DNA from: Felis catus
Taxonomy: Eukaryota
Direction of reading: 5' to 3'
Length of the DNA: 64,000 nt
Assembly: GCF_018350175.1 (NCBI RefSeq)
Contig: NC_058368.1
Coordinates: 165,790,001-165,854,000 of the forward strand
Within the stretch, counting starts at the first letter, position 1, and each line of letters starts with the position of its first letter. Positions 52,107 through 64,000 of this stretch are shown piece after piece. Position numbers and translations under genes: made by a program. The notes below the pieces were generated by a model. It was not told where the DNA came from. It did not search any database and saw only the letters and a program-made list of their open reading frames with translations.

Positions 52107-53655
52107 GAAATGAAAAATACAATGTCTGAGATGAAGGATACATTGAATATAACTAATAGAAGATTATGTCAGAAAAAAGAAACTTGAACATATAGTAAAT
52201 TATCATATATGGAACAAAGAGGGAAAAAAAGAATTTTTAAACAATGAACAGAGCATCAGTGAACAGTATAATAGGCTTGTAATTGGAGTTCCCAAAGGAG
52301 AAGACAAAGAGGTGAGAAAGAAAAATACTGGAAGAATAACAGTTGAAATTTCCCAAATTTGCTGACAAAAATAAACCTCAGATTTTAAAAGGTCAATGAA
52401 CCCAACCAAAGAAACACAAAAACACTAAACCAAAGCATACCACATTCAAATTGCTCACAATCAGAAATAAGGACATAACATTAGAAGTATCCAAAGGGAG
52501 GGAAAAGTTGCATACACAGTAACAAACAAAATGATGACAGCACATTTTTCATTAGAAATAATGCAAACAAAAAGATTGTTGAGTAACATGTTCAAACTAC
52601 TGAAAACAGACAAACAACAGCAAAATAAAACAAAAACTATGAACACAGAATTCTAAACCAGTATTAAATATTTCTCGAAAAAAAGAAGAAAGTCAGACAA
52701 CGACAGAAGAGGAAAAAAAAGGAAGACAAAAAACCCTCCAGGCATATTCTCTTATGAATGCATATACAAAAATCCTCAACAGAAATTTACCAAGTCAAAT
52801 CCAAGAATATATAAAAATAATTAATTTTACAAGGATAAGTAGAATTTACTCAATGTATGAAAGACTGGTTCAGCATTCAGCAATCTAAAATATCAGTATA
52901 ATCCACAATAGCAAGAGGTTAAAAAGAAACTGATCAATTGACATAATAGTATGATAAATTAACACATAAAAATCATTTTACAAAATCCAATAACCATTTA
53001 TGAAAAAAAAATCTCAGCACAGTAGGAATAGAGAACCTCTTTAATCTAATAAAGAATATCTCCAAAAAAACTCTACAGTTAATATCATATTTAATGGTGA
53101 AAGTCTAATGTTTTCTCTTAAGGTTGGAAACAAGGCAAAGATATTCTTTCTTACCACTCTTTTCAACAAATCTATTGGAATTTCTAACCTGAACAATAAG
53201 GCAAGAAGAAGAAATAAAAGGCATTCAGGCAGGGAAATAAAGATGACATAATTTGCAATTGTGTATATAGAAAATCCCCAGAATTTATTTATGTATTTAT
53301 ATTTATATTTATATATTCCAAGAATTAATATGTGAGCTAAGCAAGGTCACAAGATATAAGAGCATCATAGAAAATAAATTGTATTAATGCATACTAATGA
53401 GAATCATATGGATACTGAAGTTTAAAACACAATACCATCTAAAATTTCCTCAAAGAAAATGACCTTGGGAGTACTAGACCTGCCTGAAAGTACTCGTTTT
53501 AAGTAGATCTTCCCTATAAGAAAATTTAAAGGGAGCCCCTTAGGTAGAAGGAAAATAATACAAGATGGAAATTTGAGTATACACAGAGTGATGAAGAATA
53601 CCAGAATAAAAAAAAAACATATTGTAAATATGTGACTTTTAAAAAATCACATCAG

Positions 53656-53860
53656 GGGCGCCTGGGTGGCTCAGTCGGTTGAGTGTCTGACTTCAGCTCA
53701 GGTCATAATCTCACGGTTTGTGGGTATGAGCCCTGCATCAGGCTCTGTGCTGACAGCTCAGAGCCTGGAGCCTGCTTCGGATTCTGTGTCTCCCTTTCTC
53801 TCTGCTACTTCCCTGCTCATGCTCTGTCTCTCTCTGTCTTGAAAATAAATTAAAAAAATT
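53656..53860 (+). mobile_element. SINEC
   Basis: GGGGCGCCTGGGTGGCTCAGTCGG head with TSD AAATCACAT. Confidence 0.94.
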
Positions 53861-56005
53861 TGTTTAAATCACATAAATCTTTTAAACATACAACTATTTA
53901 AATAAAAATAACATTGTATTGTGTTTACAACATGTGAGTAAAATATGTAAGAGTAATACTTGAAAGACAGCTAGTGGAGAAATTCGAGTTTAAGATTTAT
54001 ACACTTTATATGAAATGGTATACATTACTTGAAAGTTAAACAGTGATGTTTAGAAAATATAATATAAGCCCTACAGTAACCACTAAAATTTAAAAAAAAG
54101 TTAAATAGTTAGTATGGCATAAAAAAAAGAAAACCATGCTCAATATACAAGAAGGTAGGAAAAGAGGGGAACAAAACAATACAGAGGGGATAAATAAAAA
54201 ATCAATAACAAGATGGTAGATTTAAGACCGCCTAGATTAAAATTAAATGGTCAAAACAGTCCAATAAAAAGTCAAGGTGTGTCAGATTAGATAAAAAAGC
54301 AAGACTCAGCTATATGCTACTTATAAGAAATCTATTTTAAAATGAAAATACACAAGTTTAAGGAAAAGGATGGAAATGATAAACAACACAAGACAAAGGA
54401 AAGCTTGGAAGGTTATATTAATACATAAACATAAATACAAAATAAATACTATACAGAGTACATTTTAGAGTAATGGACATTATAAGGAATAAAGAAGGTC
54501 ATGTCATAATGACAAAGGGATCAACTCATCAATAGAATGCACAATTTTAAATAATTATGCACATAATAACAGGGTTTCAAAATACATGAAACAAAAACTG
54601 ATAGAATTGCAAGAATAGAGAAATCTGTAATTGTACCTAAACAATGCAAAACCCTATCTCACCAATTGATAGAACAAGTAGCCAGAAAGTCAGTAAGGAT
54701 ATAGAAAATTTGAGCAACACTTAATCTAATACACATTTTAAAACACTGCACACAACAGCAGAATAAATATTCTTTCAAGTGTGCATGGAACACTTACAAA
54801 GGTAGATCATATTTCACAGTATATCAAATATTTGGAGTGCCACTAGAGTAGTGCTTAGGAAGAATATTACACCAATAATATTTTTATTAAAAATAAATTC
54901 AGCTGCTACAATAAGAAACTAGAAAAGTAACAAAAATTAAATTGAAAATAATTGAAAAAGGAAAACATGAAAGAACAGAATCAATAATCAATGGACTATA
55001 AAGGAGAGAAAAATAAGGAGAAATCAACAAATTAATCAACAAATTAATAAAACTTTAGTCCACCAATTGACAAATATTGGCTAGCGGCCAAATTTTGCCC
55101 TCAGCCCATTTTTGAATGAAATGTGTGCTATGAAAAAAAAATTTATGGTTGTTAGAAAACAAAAACAAGGATTATTTCTTTTTAAGGTTGAATAATATTG
55201 CTTTGTATGTATGTACCAAAACTTATCCATTTATCCATTGATGGACATTTAGGTTGTGTCCACCTCTTGGCTATTGTGGACAATACTACAATGAACATGG
55301 GACTGCTAGAATCTCTTCAAGATCTTGTTTTTAATTCTTTTGAATGATACTCAGATGAAGGATTGCTAGATCACATGGTAATTTAATTTTTAATTTCCCA
55401 AAGAAGCTCCATTCTGTTTTCCATTAATGGCTACACCATTTTATATTCCTACCATAGTGCATAAGTGTTTCAATTTCTCCATACCCTGGACAGCATCTGT
55501 TATTTTCTATTTTTCTGATAATGGCCATCTTAACAGGAGTAAAGTGGTACCGTGATTTTGATTTGCATTTCTCTGATAATTAGTGATGTTAAGCTTCTCT
55601 TCTTACACTTGTTCGGCACTTGTATGTCTTCTTTGCTGAAATCTCTATTCAAGTCCTGTGCCCGATTTTAACTGAGTTTTTGTTTTCTTTGTTAATCAGT
55701 TCCTGCTATGAACTACAACATGGATGAGTCATGAGAACGTTATGCTAAGTGAAATAAACCATCACAGAAAGACTAACACTGCATGATTCCACATATATGA
55801 AAAGCTAACTTAGTCAAACTTATAGAAGCAGAAAATAAAATGGTGGTTTCCAGGGGCTGAGAGGAGGGGAAAGAGACAGCTTCCATTCAATCGATCTAGA
55901 GTTTGTCATGAAAGATGAAAAAAAGTACTAGATATCTGCTGCATAAAAATGTGCACATATTAATAATACTGTATTATATACTTAAAAGGTATTTAAAAGG
56001 GAGAC

Positions 56006-56244
56006 TTTTTTTAATTTATTTTTAATTTTTTAATTTTATTATTAAAAATATTTTAACAATTATTCATTTTTTGAGGGACAGAACATAAGCAGGGGAGGGG
56101 TGAAGAGAGAAGGAGACACAGAATCTGAAACAGGCTCCAGGCTCTGAACCAACAGCACAGCCCGATGTGGGGCTCGAACTCACTGTGAGACCATGACCTG
56201 AGCCAAAGTCTGACATTTAACTGACTGAGCCACCCAGGTGCCCC
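56006..56244 (-). mobile_element. SINEC (first of a tandem pair)
   Basis: SINE body with flanks TAAAAGG..GACTTT. Confidence 0.92.
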
Positions 56245-56259
56245 TAAAAGGAGGACTTT

Positions 56260-56453
56260 AAAAAATATATATTTGTTTTTGAGAGAGAGTGAGCATGAAT
56301 GGGGAAGGTGCAGAGGGAGAGGGGGATAGAGGATCTGAAGAGGGCTCCATCCAGACAGCAGAGAGCCTGATGTTGGGCTTTAACTCACGAGCCATGAGAT
56401 CACAACCTGAGCTGAAATTGCAGGCTCAGCCTTATGAGCCACCCAGAAGCCCC
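56260..56453 (-). mobile_element. SINEC (second of the tandem pair)
   Basis: SINE body ending GAGCCACCCAGAAGCCCC. Confidence 0.9.
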
Positions 56454-58411
56454 TAAAAGGGCAGATTTTATGTTAGGCACTTTTTACCATGAGAAAAAAA
56501 AAGAAAAAAGAAAAGAAAGAAAAAGAAAAAAAAGAGAAATATAACAGATTTGATGTGGGCCTCAGCCTAATATGTTTACTATCTGATTTTATATAGAAAA
56601 ACATTTGCCAATCCTTACTCTAATCAGACTCATCAGGAAAAAGTGAGAAAACAAATATTGACAAAACCAGGAATGGAGTGTTGAAATCTCTATACCAATA
56701 TGAATATTAAAAGAATAATAAGAGAATATTATAAGCAACTTGGTGCTAGTAAATTGGACAACTTAGATGAAATGGTCAAATGCCATTTCATAAATAACCT
56801 ATAAATTACCAAAGTTCACTCAATAATACATAGATAACCTGAATAACATTATTTAATTTAAAGTAATTAAATGTGTAGTTAGAAACCATCCTACAAAAAG
56901 AATCTGAGGTTCCAACAGATTCACTGGTAACTGGTAACAAATATTTAAGAAAAAAAATACTATTTCTGCCCTAGCCCTTTGAGAAAATTAAAGAATTTTA
57001 TCAGCCAACATTATCCTGATATTAAAATCAGGCATACACACTGCAGAAGAAAAAATAGTACAAACCAATACCCTTTATTAACTTAGATGCAAATATCCTA
57101 AATAAACATTAGTATCTTATATCCAAGAATATATAACAAGGGTGAAGTATCATGACCTAATGTAATTTATCCTAGAATTTTAAAGTTAGTTTAACATTAG
57201 AACAATAAATTCACCATATTAACAGACTAAAATATAAAAACAAGACCATCTTAAAATACCCACAAAAATCATTTCAAAACTCTCAGCAAACTAGGAATAG
57301 AAGGGAATTTTGTTAATCTGATAAAGATACCTAAAAAGAAACTACAACTAATATTGTACTTAATTGTAGAAAACTTAATACTTTCTCTCTAGAATCAGGA
57401 ATATGGAATGAGTGTCCACTCTCACCACTTCTATTTAACATTGTTCTAGGAATTCAAGAAAGCACAAATTATTTTTTAAGTAAAAAAATAAATAAATGAA
57501 AGCCATGTGTATTGGAAAGGAAAAAGTGAAATTATACACAGATGATATGATCATTTATGTAGAAACTGATAGTCTCCACAAGAAGCTAACAGAACCAATA
57601 CATGAGTTTAGCAAGATTTCTGAATACAAAATTTTATTTCTATATACTAGCAAGAAAAATCAGATATATATATATATTTTTTAAATCAATATTATTTTTA
57701 ATAGCAACAAAAGTCAAAATACTTAGGGATCCATCTAACAAAGGATAAATAAAACCTATTCATAGAAAACTATAAATCATTGCTAAGGAATCAGAGACCT
57801 AAATAAATGGAAAGATATATTCAGTTTATGAGTCTGAAGATCAAATCTTTAAGATATTAATTCTCCCAAATTGATTCATAGATTCTATATAATCTCAATC
57901 ATACTTCCAGAATTTCACATAGAAATTCACATAAAAATGCAAAAGACCTAGAAAAGTCAAAACAACTTTAAAAAATAAGAACAAATGGGGAGGGCAAATA
58001 TTAACTAACTTTAAAACTTAGTATGAAGCTACAATATAAGCTTTACTTCTATACATTTTATTGTAAAGTATTATATTTCATAAAAAGAGTCAAATTAGAT
58101 TAGTGTCTCTGGATGTAAACTTCCCCAAAAAAACCCACACACATAGGACACATACTGACAGTGGTTGGAATATGATTTTCAACCAAGTTGCTAACATAAT
58201 TCAGTGCAGGATGCATAATCTTTCAACAAACTATACTGAAATAATTGAATATCCATATGCAAATAATTAACTAAATCAATGCTGATGACAGATAAATTTC
58301 TTAAAAAAGAGACATAAATGTAAACTTATATGTGTATTATTCTAGAAGTCCAAATTAGGCAAATCCTTCTTACATATGATTATAAAACCAGGATCCATCA
58401 AAAAATGAATT

Positions 58412-59312
58412 GTAGTTTGTTTCCATCTTTCTTTTTTCCTTCCTTCCCATATGTTCATCTGTTTTGTTTCTTAAATTCCACATATAAGAGAAATCATATG
58501 ATATTTGTCTTTCTCTGATTGACTTATTTTGCTTACCATAACGTGTTCTTGCTCCCTGCACAATGTTGAAAATGACAAGATTTCATTCTTTTTGATGGCT
58601 GAGTAATATTATATTGTATATACATACTATATCTTCTTCATCCACTCATCAATTGATGGATACTTGGGTTCTCTCCATAGTTTGGTTATTGTTAATAACT
58701 CAAATATAAACATCAGGGTGCATGTATCTCTTGGATTCTGTATTTTTATATCCTTTGGGTAAATACATACCTAACATTGTAATTGCTGGGTTGTAGAGTA
58801 GTTCTATTTTTAGTTTCTTGAGGAACATTTATATTTTTCTCCAGAGGGCTTCACCAGTGTGCATTCCCACCAATAGTGCAAGAGGTTTCCTCTTTTTCCG
58901 CATCCTCTCCAACACCTGTTGTTTCTTGTGTTGTTAATTTTAGCCATTCTCACAGGTGTGAGGTGGTATCTCATCATGGTTTTAACTTACATATTTCCCT
59001 GATGATGAGTGATGGTGAGCATCTTTTCACATGTCTGTTAGCCATCTAGATGTCTACTTTGGAAAATTGTCTATTCATGTCTTCTGCCCATTTCTTCACT
59101 GGGTTATTTGTTTTTTGGGTGTTGAGTTTGATAAGCTCTTTATACACTTTGGATACTAACCCTTTATCTGATAGGTCTTTTACAAATATCTTCCCCCATT
59201 CCATAGACTGTCTTTTAGTTTTGTTGATTATCTCCTTCACTGTGCAGAAGCTTTTTTTATCATAAGTTCCAATAATTCATGTTTGTTATTGTTTCTTTTG
59301 CCTCCAGTGAAA
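58412..59312 (-). mobile_element. Carnivore L1 fragment (ORF2 C-terminus and proximal 3'UTR)
   Basis: ORF remnant [18 protein letters not shown]...[28 protein letters not shown]. Confidence 0.92.
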
Positions 59313-62300
59313 CATTTTTCAAAAATTTTAAAATTCTCTTTGTAACACACTTTTAGATATGACTCTAAAACTTGGATCCATAAAACATGATAAGTTGCAA
59401 TATATAAAAATATTAAAATTCTTTGAAAAACAATGTTAAGGGCAAAATTTAGAACAGACACTTCACCAAAATCCTAAGGAAATGCAGATTTCCATGGGAA
59501 TTCCATTACACGTTAGTATGATTACAATTAAATAGCTCACAATAAATGTGTTGGCAAGGGTGTGGAGAAACTGGAACTCTCAGACTTTCCTAATGGGTAT
59601 GTAAAACATTATAATTACTTTGGAAAACAATTTAGCAGCTTCTAAAAAAGTTAAGCCGACACCTACCATATAACCTAGCCACTCTAATCCTAGATATGTA
59701 ACTAATATTAACAACAACGGAAAAGTTTGTTGTTAGAAAGGTTTGTATAGGAATGTTCGTACTAGCTTTATTAGTAGTATAGCTAAAAACTTGAAACAAC
59801 CCAAATGTTTATCAACAGGGGAACACAGAAACAAAACTTGGCATAATCACAGAATGGAATCCTATTCAGCAATGTAAGGAACAAAGAATAAACAAAACAG
59901 CATGAAAAATTCTTGAAATAATTATGTTTAGTAAAATTAGAGCCCCCCAAATATATGCATTTGTCTCTTTTGTATATCTTTTGCTTTTTGCATAACTCCA
60001 TTTATACAAAATTTCAGAACATAAAAACTAATCTGTACTAACAGAAAGCAGATCAGTAGTTACCTATGAGAACAGGAGAGTAGCAGAGAGGGGCGGGTGG
60101 AAGAATTACAAAGCAGCATCAGGAAACCTTTAGGGGTGATGAATATGTTTATTATAATACTTGTGATAGATTCCCTGGTATCTAAATATGTCAAAGCATG
60201 AGAAATTGTATGCTTTAAATATGTGCAGTTATTGTATGTCAATTATATCAACACACACGTTAAATTAGGGCCCGAGCTGCCCCTCCCCCAAGTCTCACAA
60301 GTATATAAAAAAAAAAATCTAAATGAGAATTTCACAATTTTGCATTCTTATTCTAGATCTTAGCGTTCTAATCACTGAACTATATCATTATACTCCACCA
60401 GAGTCATGGGAAAAAAACAATAATGAGTACTTTTTGGCACCCTTTAAGCCATGGGGGCCTAGCAAATCACTCTTGAAAGGTAGAAACCTCAGATCTGAAG
60501 TGAACACTTGCTTTCTTACAGCCCTTTTCATTTATCACTGTCCACTCACACAGGGCAGTGTAGGGATGGGCATAGCATTATGTTGACGGCTACAAGTACT
60601 TTCTTCTTAAAACACATCCCTATGGTTCTGTGACTAGAACAAAACAAAAAGGCAATTGCTGTGACATTTATTTTTCTCTCTTGAGATATCCAGACAAGAA
60701 AACAGGTTCTGTCCATTTTGGAGATTGCCTAGACACTTGTACTGCAGCTCACTCCAAAGGTGAAAAAAAAAAAAAAGAGAAGCTTCATGTTTATCATTGT
60801 TTCTACTGCTTCCAAGATTTTAGTAAGTCAATTAGGCAGACTGCAAGCTTCTGAGATTTATTTAAGTAAGGAGTATGTGGCATTATCTGTCCTTCGAACC
60901 TATAATGAGGGTAGTTTAGCAGATGGAATCTAATTTATAACAAGGACCTATACCCCGGATAATCAAACATAGGCTATTAAGAGCTTACATAAACAAGGGC
61001 TGTACTGTGATGCCAAAACAAATCATTTTGACATGTTTTAGAAATACAAGGGGCTTCTTCAAATATCATCAGGAATAAGTCATTTGGTGTTTCAGGTTCA
61101 TACATCAATGCAGTTGCTGTCACTATGAAAAATTGGACTTTTTGTTTACTTAAAATTTGAAATGCCATGATTTGGTACTTGAAAAATGATGTGGGAAAAA
61201 TGAATGTCCTCCTGTTTGTGAAAAATGGGTATTTTATTAGAGCAAAGTAGGAAGGAGGAGAGAGTACTCATCTGTACTGGCAAAATACTGTTTACACAGG
61301 AAGAAATATAACAATGGGCAGGTCTCTGGGGACAAGGGGAGCAGAATCACTTAGGGAGCTGATGACAACAGGAGCCAAGATACAGCCTGGGCCCAGAGCT
61401 GAACTACCTCTTGGTCCCTATACACATGTAATGAATAAATGCATCTTGAAGTAAGACTCATATTTCATAGCTGCATGAGACTCCCCAGTTAGAATGCATC
61501 TGTTAATAATAAAAATTTCCCTTCTGGAATGAGAGTTTAATAGTTCTTGTTCATGCTTTAAATAGAAGATCACAGCAATAAATCAGCATTATGATTTTAG
61601 TAGGTAGTAACATATGAAATATAATATATTGTTTCTGGCATTTAATTTGGTCAAAATTAACTTAAAATATTCACCCAAAGGGACGGATTGATAAAATAAT
61701 AATTATAACCATACATCCCAGGAAATTTTGTACTTTGTACATTCTAAAAGTACCATTAAATTTAACATATATATTATCTTTATTGTCTTAATGAGAAAAC
61801 ATTGAATTATTTTAGTCAACTTTTAGAAGACAAGTGTTTGCTTCAAATAAAAATTATCAAAACAAGTTGACACAGTGTGTTTTACATGTTTTCATATATC
61901 CACTTAATAAATTTCATTAGTTACAAACATATGAGGATAATTGTTCAGTAAACTTTTTAAAGATAAACTTTTACCTTTATGACTTTGGATGGGACATTTT
62001 AACTTATTTTAGTTTTGTATGACAATTCAGTTAAATTATTTCCATTTCCCCCTATCTACCAATAAACACATATGTACAAGTATCAAAATTATTGGATAAT
62101 TCTGATGAAAATGCATATAAATAGGTATAACACATATAAATATGTACTTATGAAACACAAATATATAGGTAATATAATAAAAGATATTAGAAAGCAAGTT
62201 CTATATCTTATTTGTCTTTTATCTGCACCCATACTTAATGCAATATATTGCAAAAAGTAGGTTCTCAATAAGTATTCATTGAACTAATGAGAATAAATTA

Positions 62301-63039
62301 GTAAAAGAATAAATAAAATAACTGGGCAACTATAAGGATAATGTTGGCAGAGAATGTGATGTACTAAACTCATATCTCTTACTGATTCTTCTAGTCCAGC
62401 ACATGTAGAACACCCTCTTTTGAGAAAGGAATACACAATTAAGACTGTGAAACACAGATTATGTACACCTAATTCCATGGGTCCTTTTGAACTCTAGGTT
62501 TCTAAGATGTACTTATTTACGAGGTTGAGAAACTATATTTATATTTTAATATTGTTGAAGTTCTTTTTTCTAACATAGTTGGCTATGGAATTTTAACAAT
62601 GCTTTCTAGAACGTATACTGATGCTTCATGCTATTTTCCGTTAATCACCTTAACTGATGAACTATATTAAGTTTCTAAACTGAGGAATCATTATACTCCC
62701 TGCTGCATATTCCTTGTTTACAGTATATTATTTGTTCACTATATATATTTATTATGTTACTAATTTATTTTACAGTATTTGATTAATGATTATTTTATTT
62801 TCTAAGGAGAAAATCTGATGAAACAAAATATATGTAGTTTTATGCAACTGTCCCGAGACCAATATTTAAAATAGTTAAAGCATACCATCAAACTAAATAT
62901 TTTCTCAATTGCTAAGAATATTATGCACAAACTTTTTTGTAAAAGAGTAAGTCATTGAATTTCTTTACTGTTTTGTGCCAATCTAATTTACGTGTTCTTA
63001 CTTACGGAATATTAATATAGTTTCTTATGAATAAATAAA

Positions 63040-63450
63040 GTAAATGCCACATTAGAATTTATTGTATTTTTATAATATGTCTTACTGTATGATGGAGTAA
63101 GTCCTCCAGCTTTCTTCTTAAAGATTCTCTTGACTCTTCTGGAGTCTTTTCATGGCTATGTGGTTTATGATCTGATAAACAATTACTGCAAAATAAAAAG
63201 AAAGGTTATGTTGAAATTATATAGTATATGTAACATATTAAAGTGAAGAGAATTGTCATCTTTATAATATGGAGTCTGATAATTCATGAACATGATAGAC
63301 TCATCCATTTATTAAGTTGTGGGTTTTTTTTTTTATTTCCCTGTACGATGCTTTTTTTTTTTAGTTTTCATGCGGAGGTCTTATTTTTATGATAGACTTA
63401 TTCCAAGCTATTTGATATTTGCCAATACAATTTTAAATGATATTGTCCAT
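63040..63450 (-). mobile_element. Very decayed L1 ORF2 fragment
   Basis: agaattgtcatctttataatat...catgaacatg...tccatttatt resembles the antisense L1 at 9310-9380. Confidence 0.6.
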
Positions 63451-63739
63451 TAGGCTACCACCAAACAAAGAAGAGTTAGTGTAGATATATTAATATCACA
63501 CAGAGTAGACTTTAAGTCTAGAAGAATTATTAAAATGAAAGAAAGACATTTGATAATGATACAGTGGAAAATCAGAGCACCCTATACAAATCATTAAGTT
63601 GTGAACACTTAACATATGCCTAAGTAATTAATAAAATGAACAAAAGAGAGGAAAAGAGAGAGACAGAGAGAGAGGCAGAGAGAGAGAAACTAGTGTTTAT
63701 TTGACTTCAGTGGTTATCCGAAGAGCTAAAACTGGTATG

Positions 63740-64000
63740 AATCTTTCTTTTCTTTCTTTCTTTGTTCTTTCCTTTCTTTCTCCCTTCCTCCCTCATTCCT
63801 TCTTCTCAATCTCTCTTTTTCTATCTTAACTTTTCTTTCTCTTTTGTAAAACTTTTTATTTAAATTAATAATTAATATACAGTGTAATGTTAGTTTTAGG
63901 GGTATAATACAGTGATGCAACATTTTCATACAACACCTAGTGCTCATCACAAGTGCACTCCTTAGTCCCCATCACCTATTTCACCCATCCACTCATCCCC
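63740..64000 (-). mobile_element. Carnivore L1 3' end with a pyrimidine-rich tail, cut by the window edge
   Basis: atatacagtgtaatgttagttt...gctcatcacaagtgcactcctt...cccatcacctatttcacccatcc. Confidence 0.85.

Larger units (their letters stand above)
55168..56530 (+). mobile_element. 5'-inverted older L1 (antisense 55168-55700, sense 55701-56530 with an A tail)
   Basis: The outer end of the antisense ORF2 C-terminal segment (reverse complement ...aaaaagaaataatcct) continues into the sense segment cctgctatgaactacaacatggatg. Confidence 0.78.
55060..56620. mobile_element. MER58-like hAT-Charlie element split by later insertions
   Basis: Left arm gacaaat...gcggccaaattttgcc...gcccatttttg. Right arm atgtgggcctcagcctaatatgtttactatctg...tagaaaaacatttgccaatcct. 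Confidence 0.65.
50980..60250 (+). mobile_element. Long, old, fragmented LINE-1 complex (5' region, ORF1/ORF2 remnants, 3' end) with many nested insertions; may be more than one element
   Basis: A-rich sense strand. Endonuclease-like remnants at 54230-54810, RT remnant IGKEKVKLYTDDMIIYVE (57496-57684) and a 3'UTR-like end at 60040-60250. Confidence 0.75.

Noticed and set aside
58374..59392. Degenerate ~35-bp repeat (ATATGA...AAAAC..GGATCCAT.AAA) near both ends of the antisense L1
   Set aside because: It is too diverged and too far from the junctions to call a TSD. It may be overlapping old L1 fragments; unresolved.

Overview
AT-rich mammalian DNA dense in interspersed repeats. The young tRNA-derived SINEs match the feline SINEC_Fc type as I recall it, so the source is most likely a felid. 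I found no spliced host-gene exon, so the window looks intergenic or deep intronic. The one gene-derived sequence is an L1-mediated processed retrocopy (38754-39991, minus strand) of the bicistronic PYURF(PreY)-PIGY mRNA. It has a 16-bp target-site duplication (TSD), a poly(A) tail and both ORFs still open. The rest is mobile-element debris: more than 20 carnivore SINEs, LINE-1s of several ages (two with 5' inversions), a decayed ERV-L-class pro/pol region, MaLR/ERVL LTRs and MER5/MER58/MIR/L2 fossils. Unexplained structures include an unclassified ~970-bp element with ~110-bp terminal inverted repeats, an ancient direct duplication with a 1.8-kb period, a perfect 164-bp tandem duplication and an L1-fragment/SINE composite inside one TSD. 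I cannot support a wholly new biological system. The best leads are the intact bicistronic retrocopy and the long-TIR element. Repeat subfamily names and human reference proteins are from memory, not database searches. Repeat boundaries are approximate unless a TSD is given.
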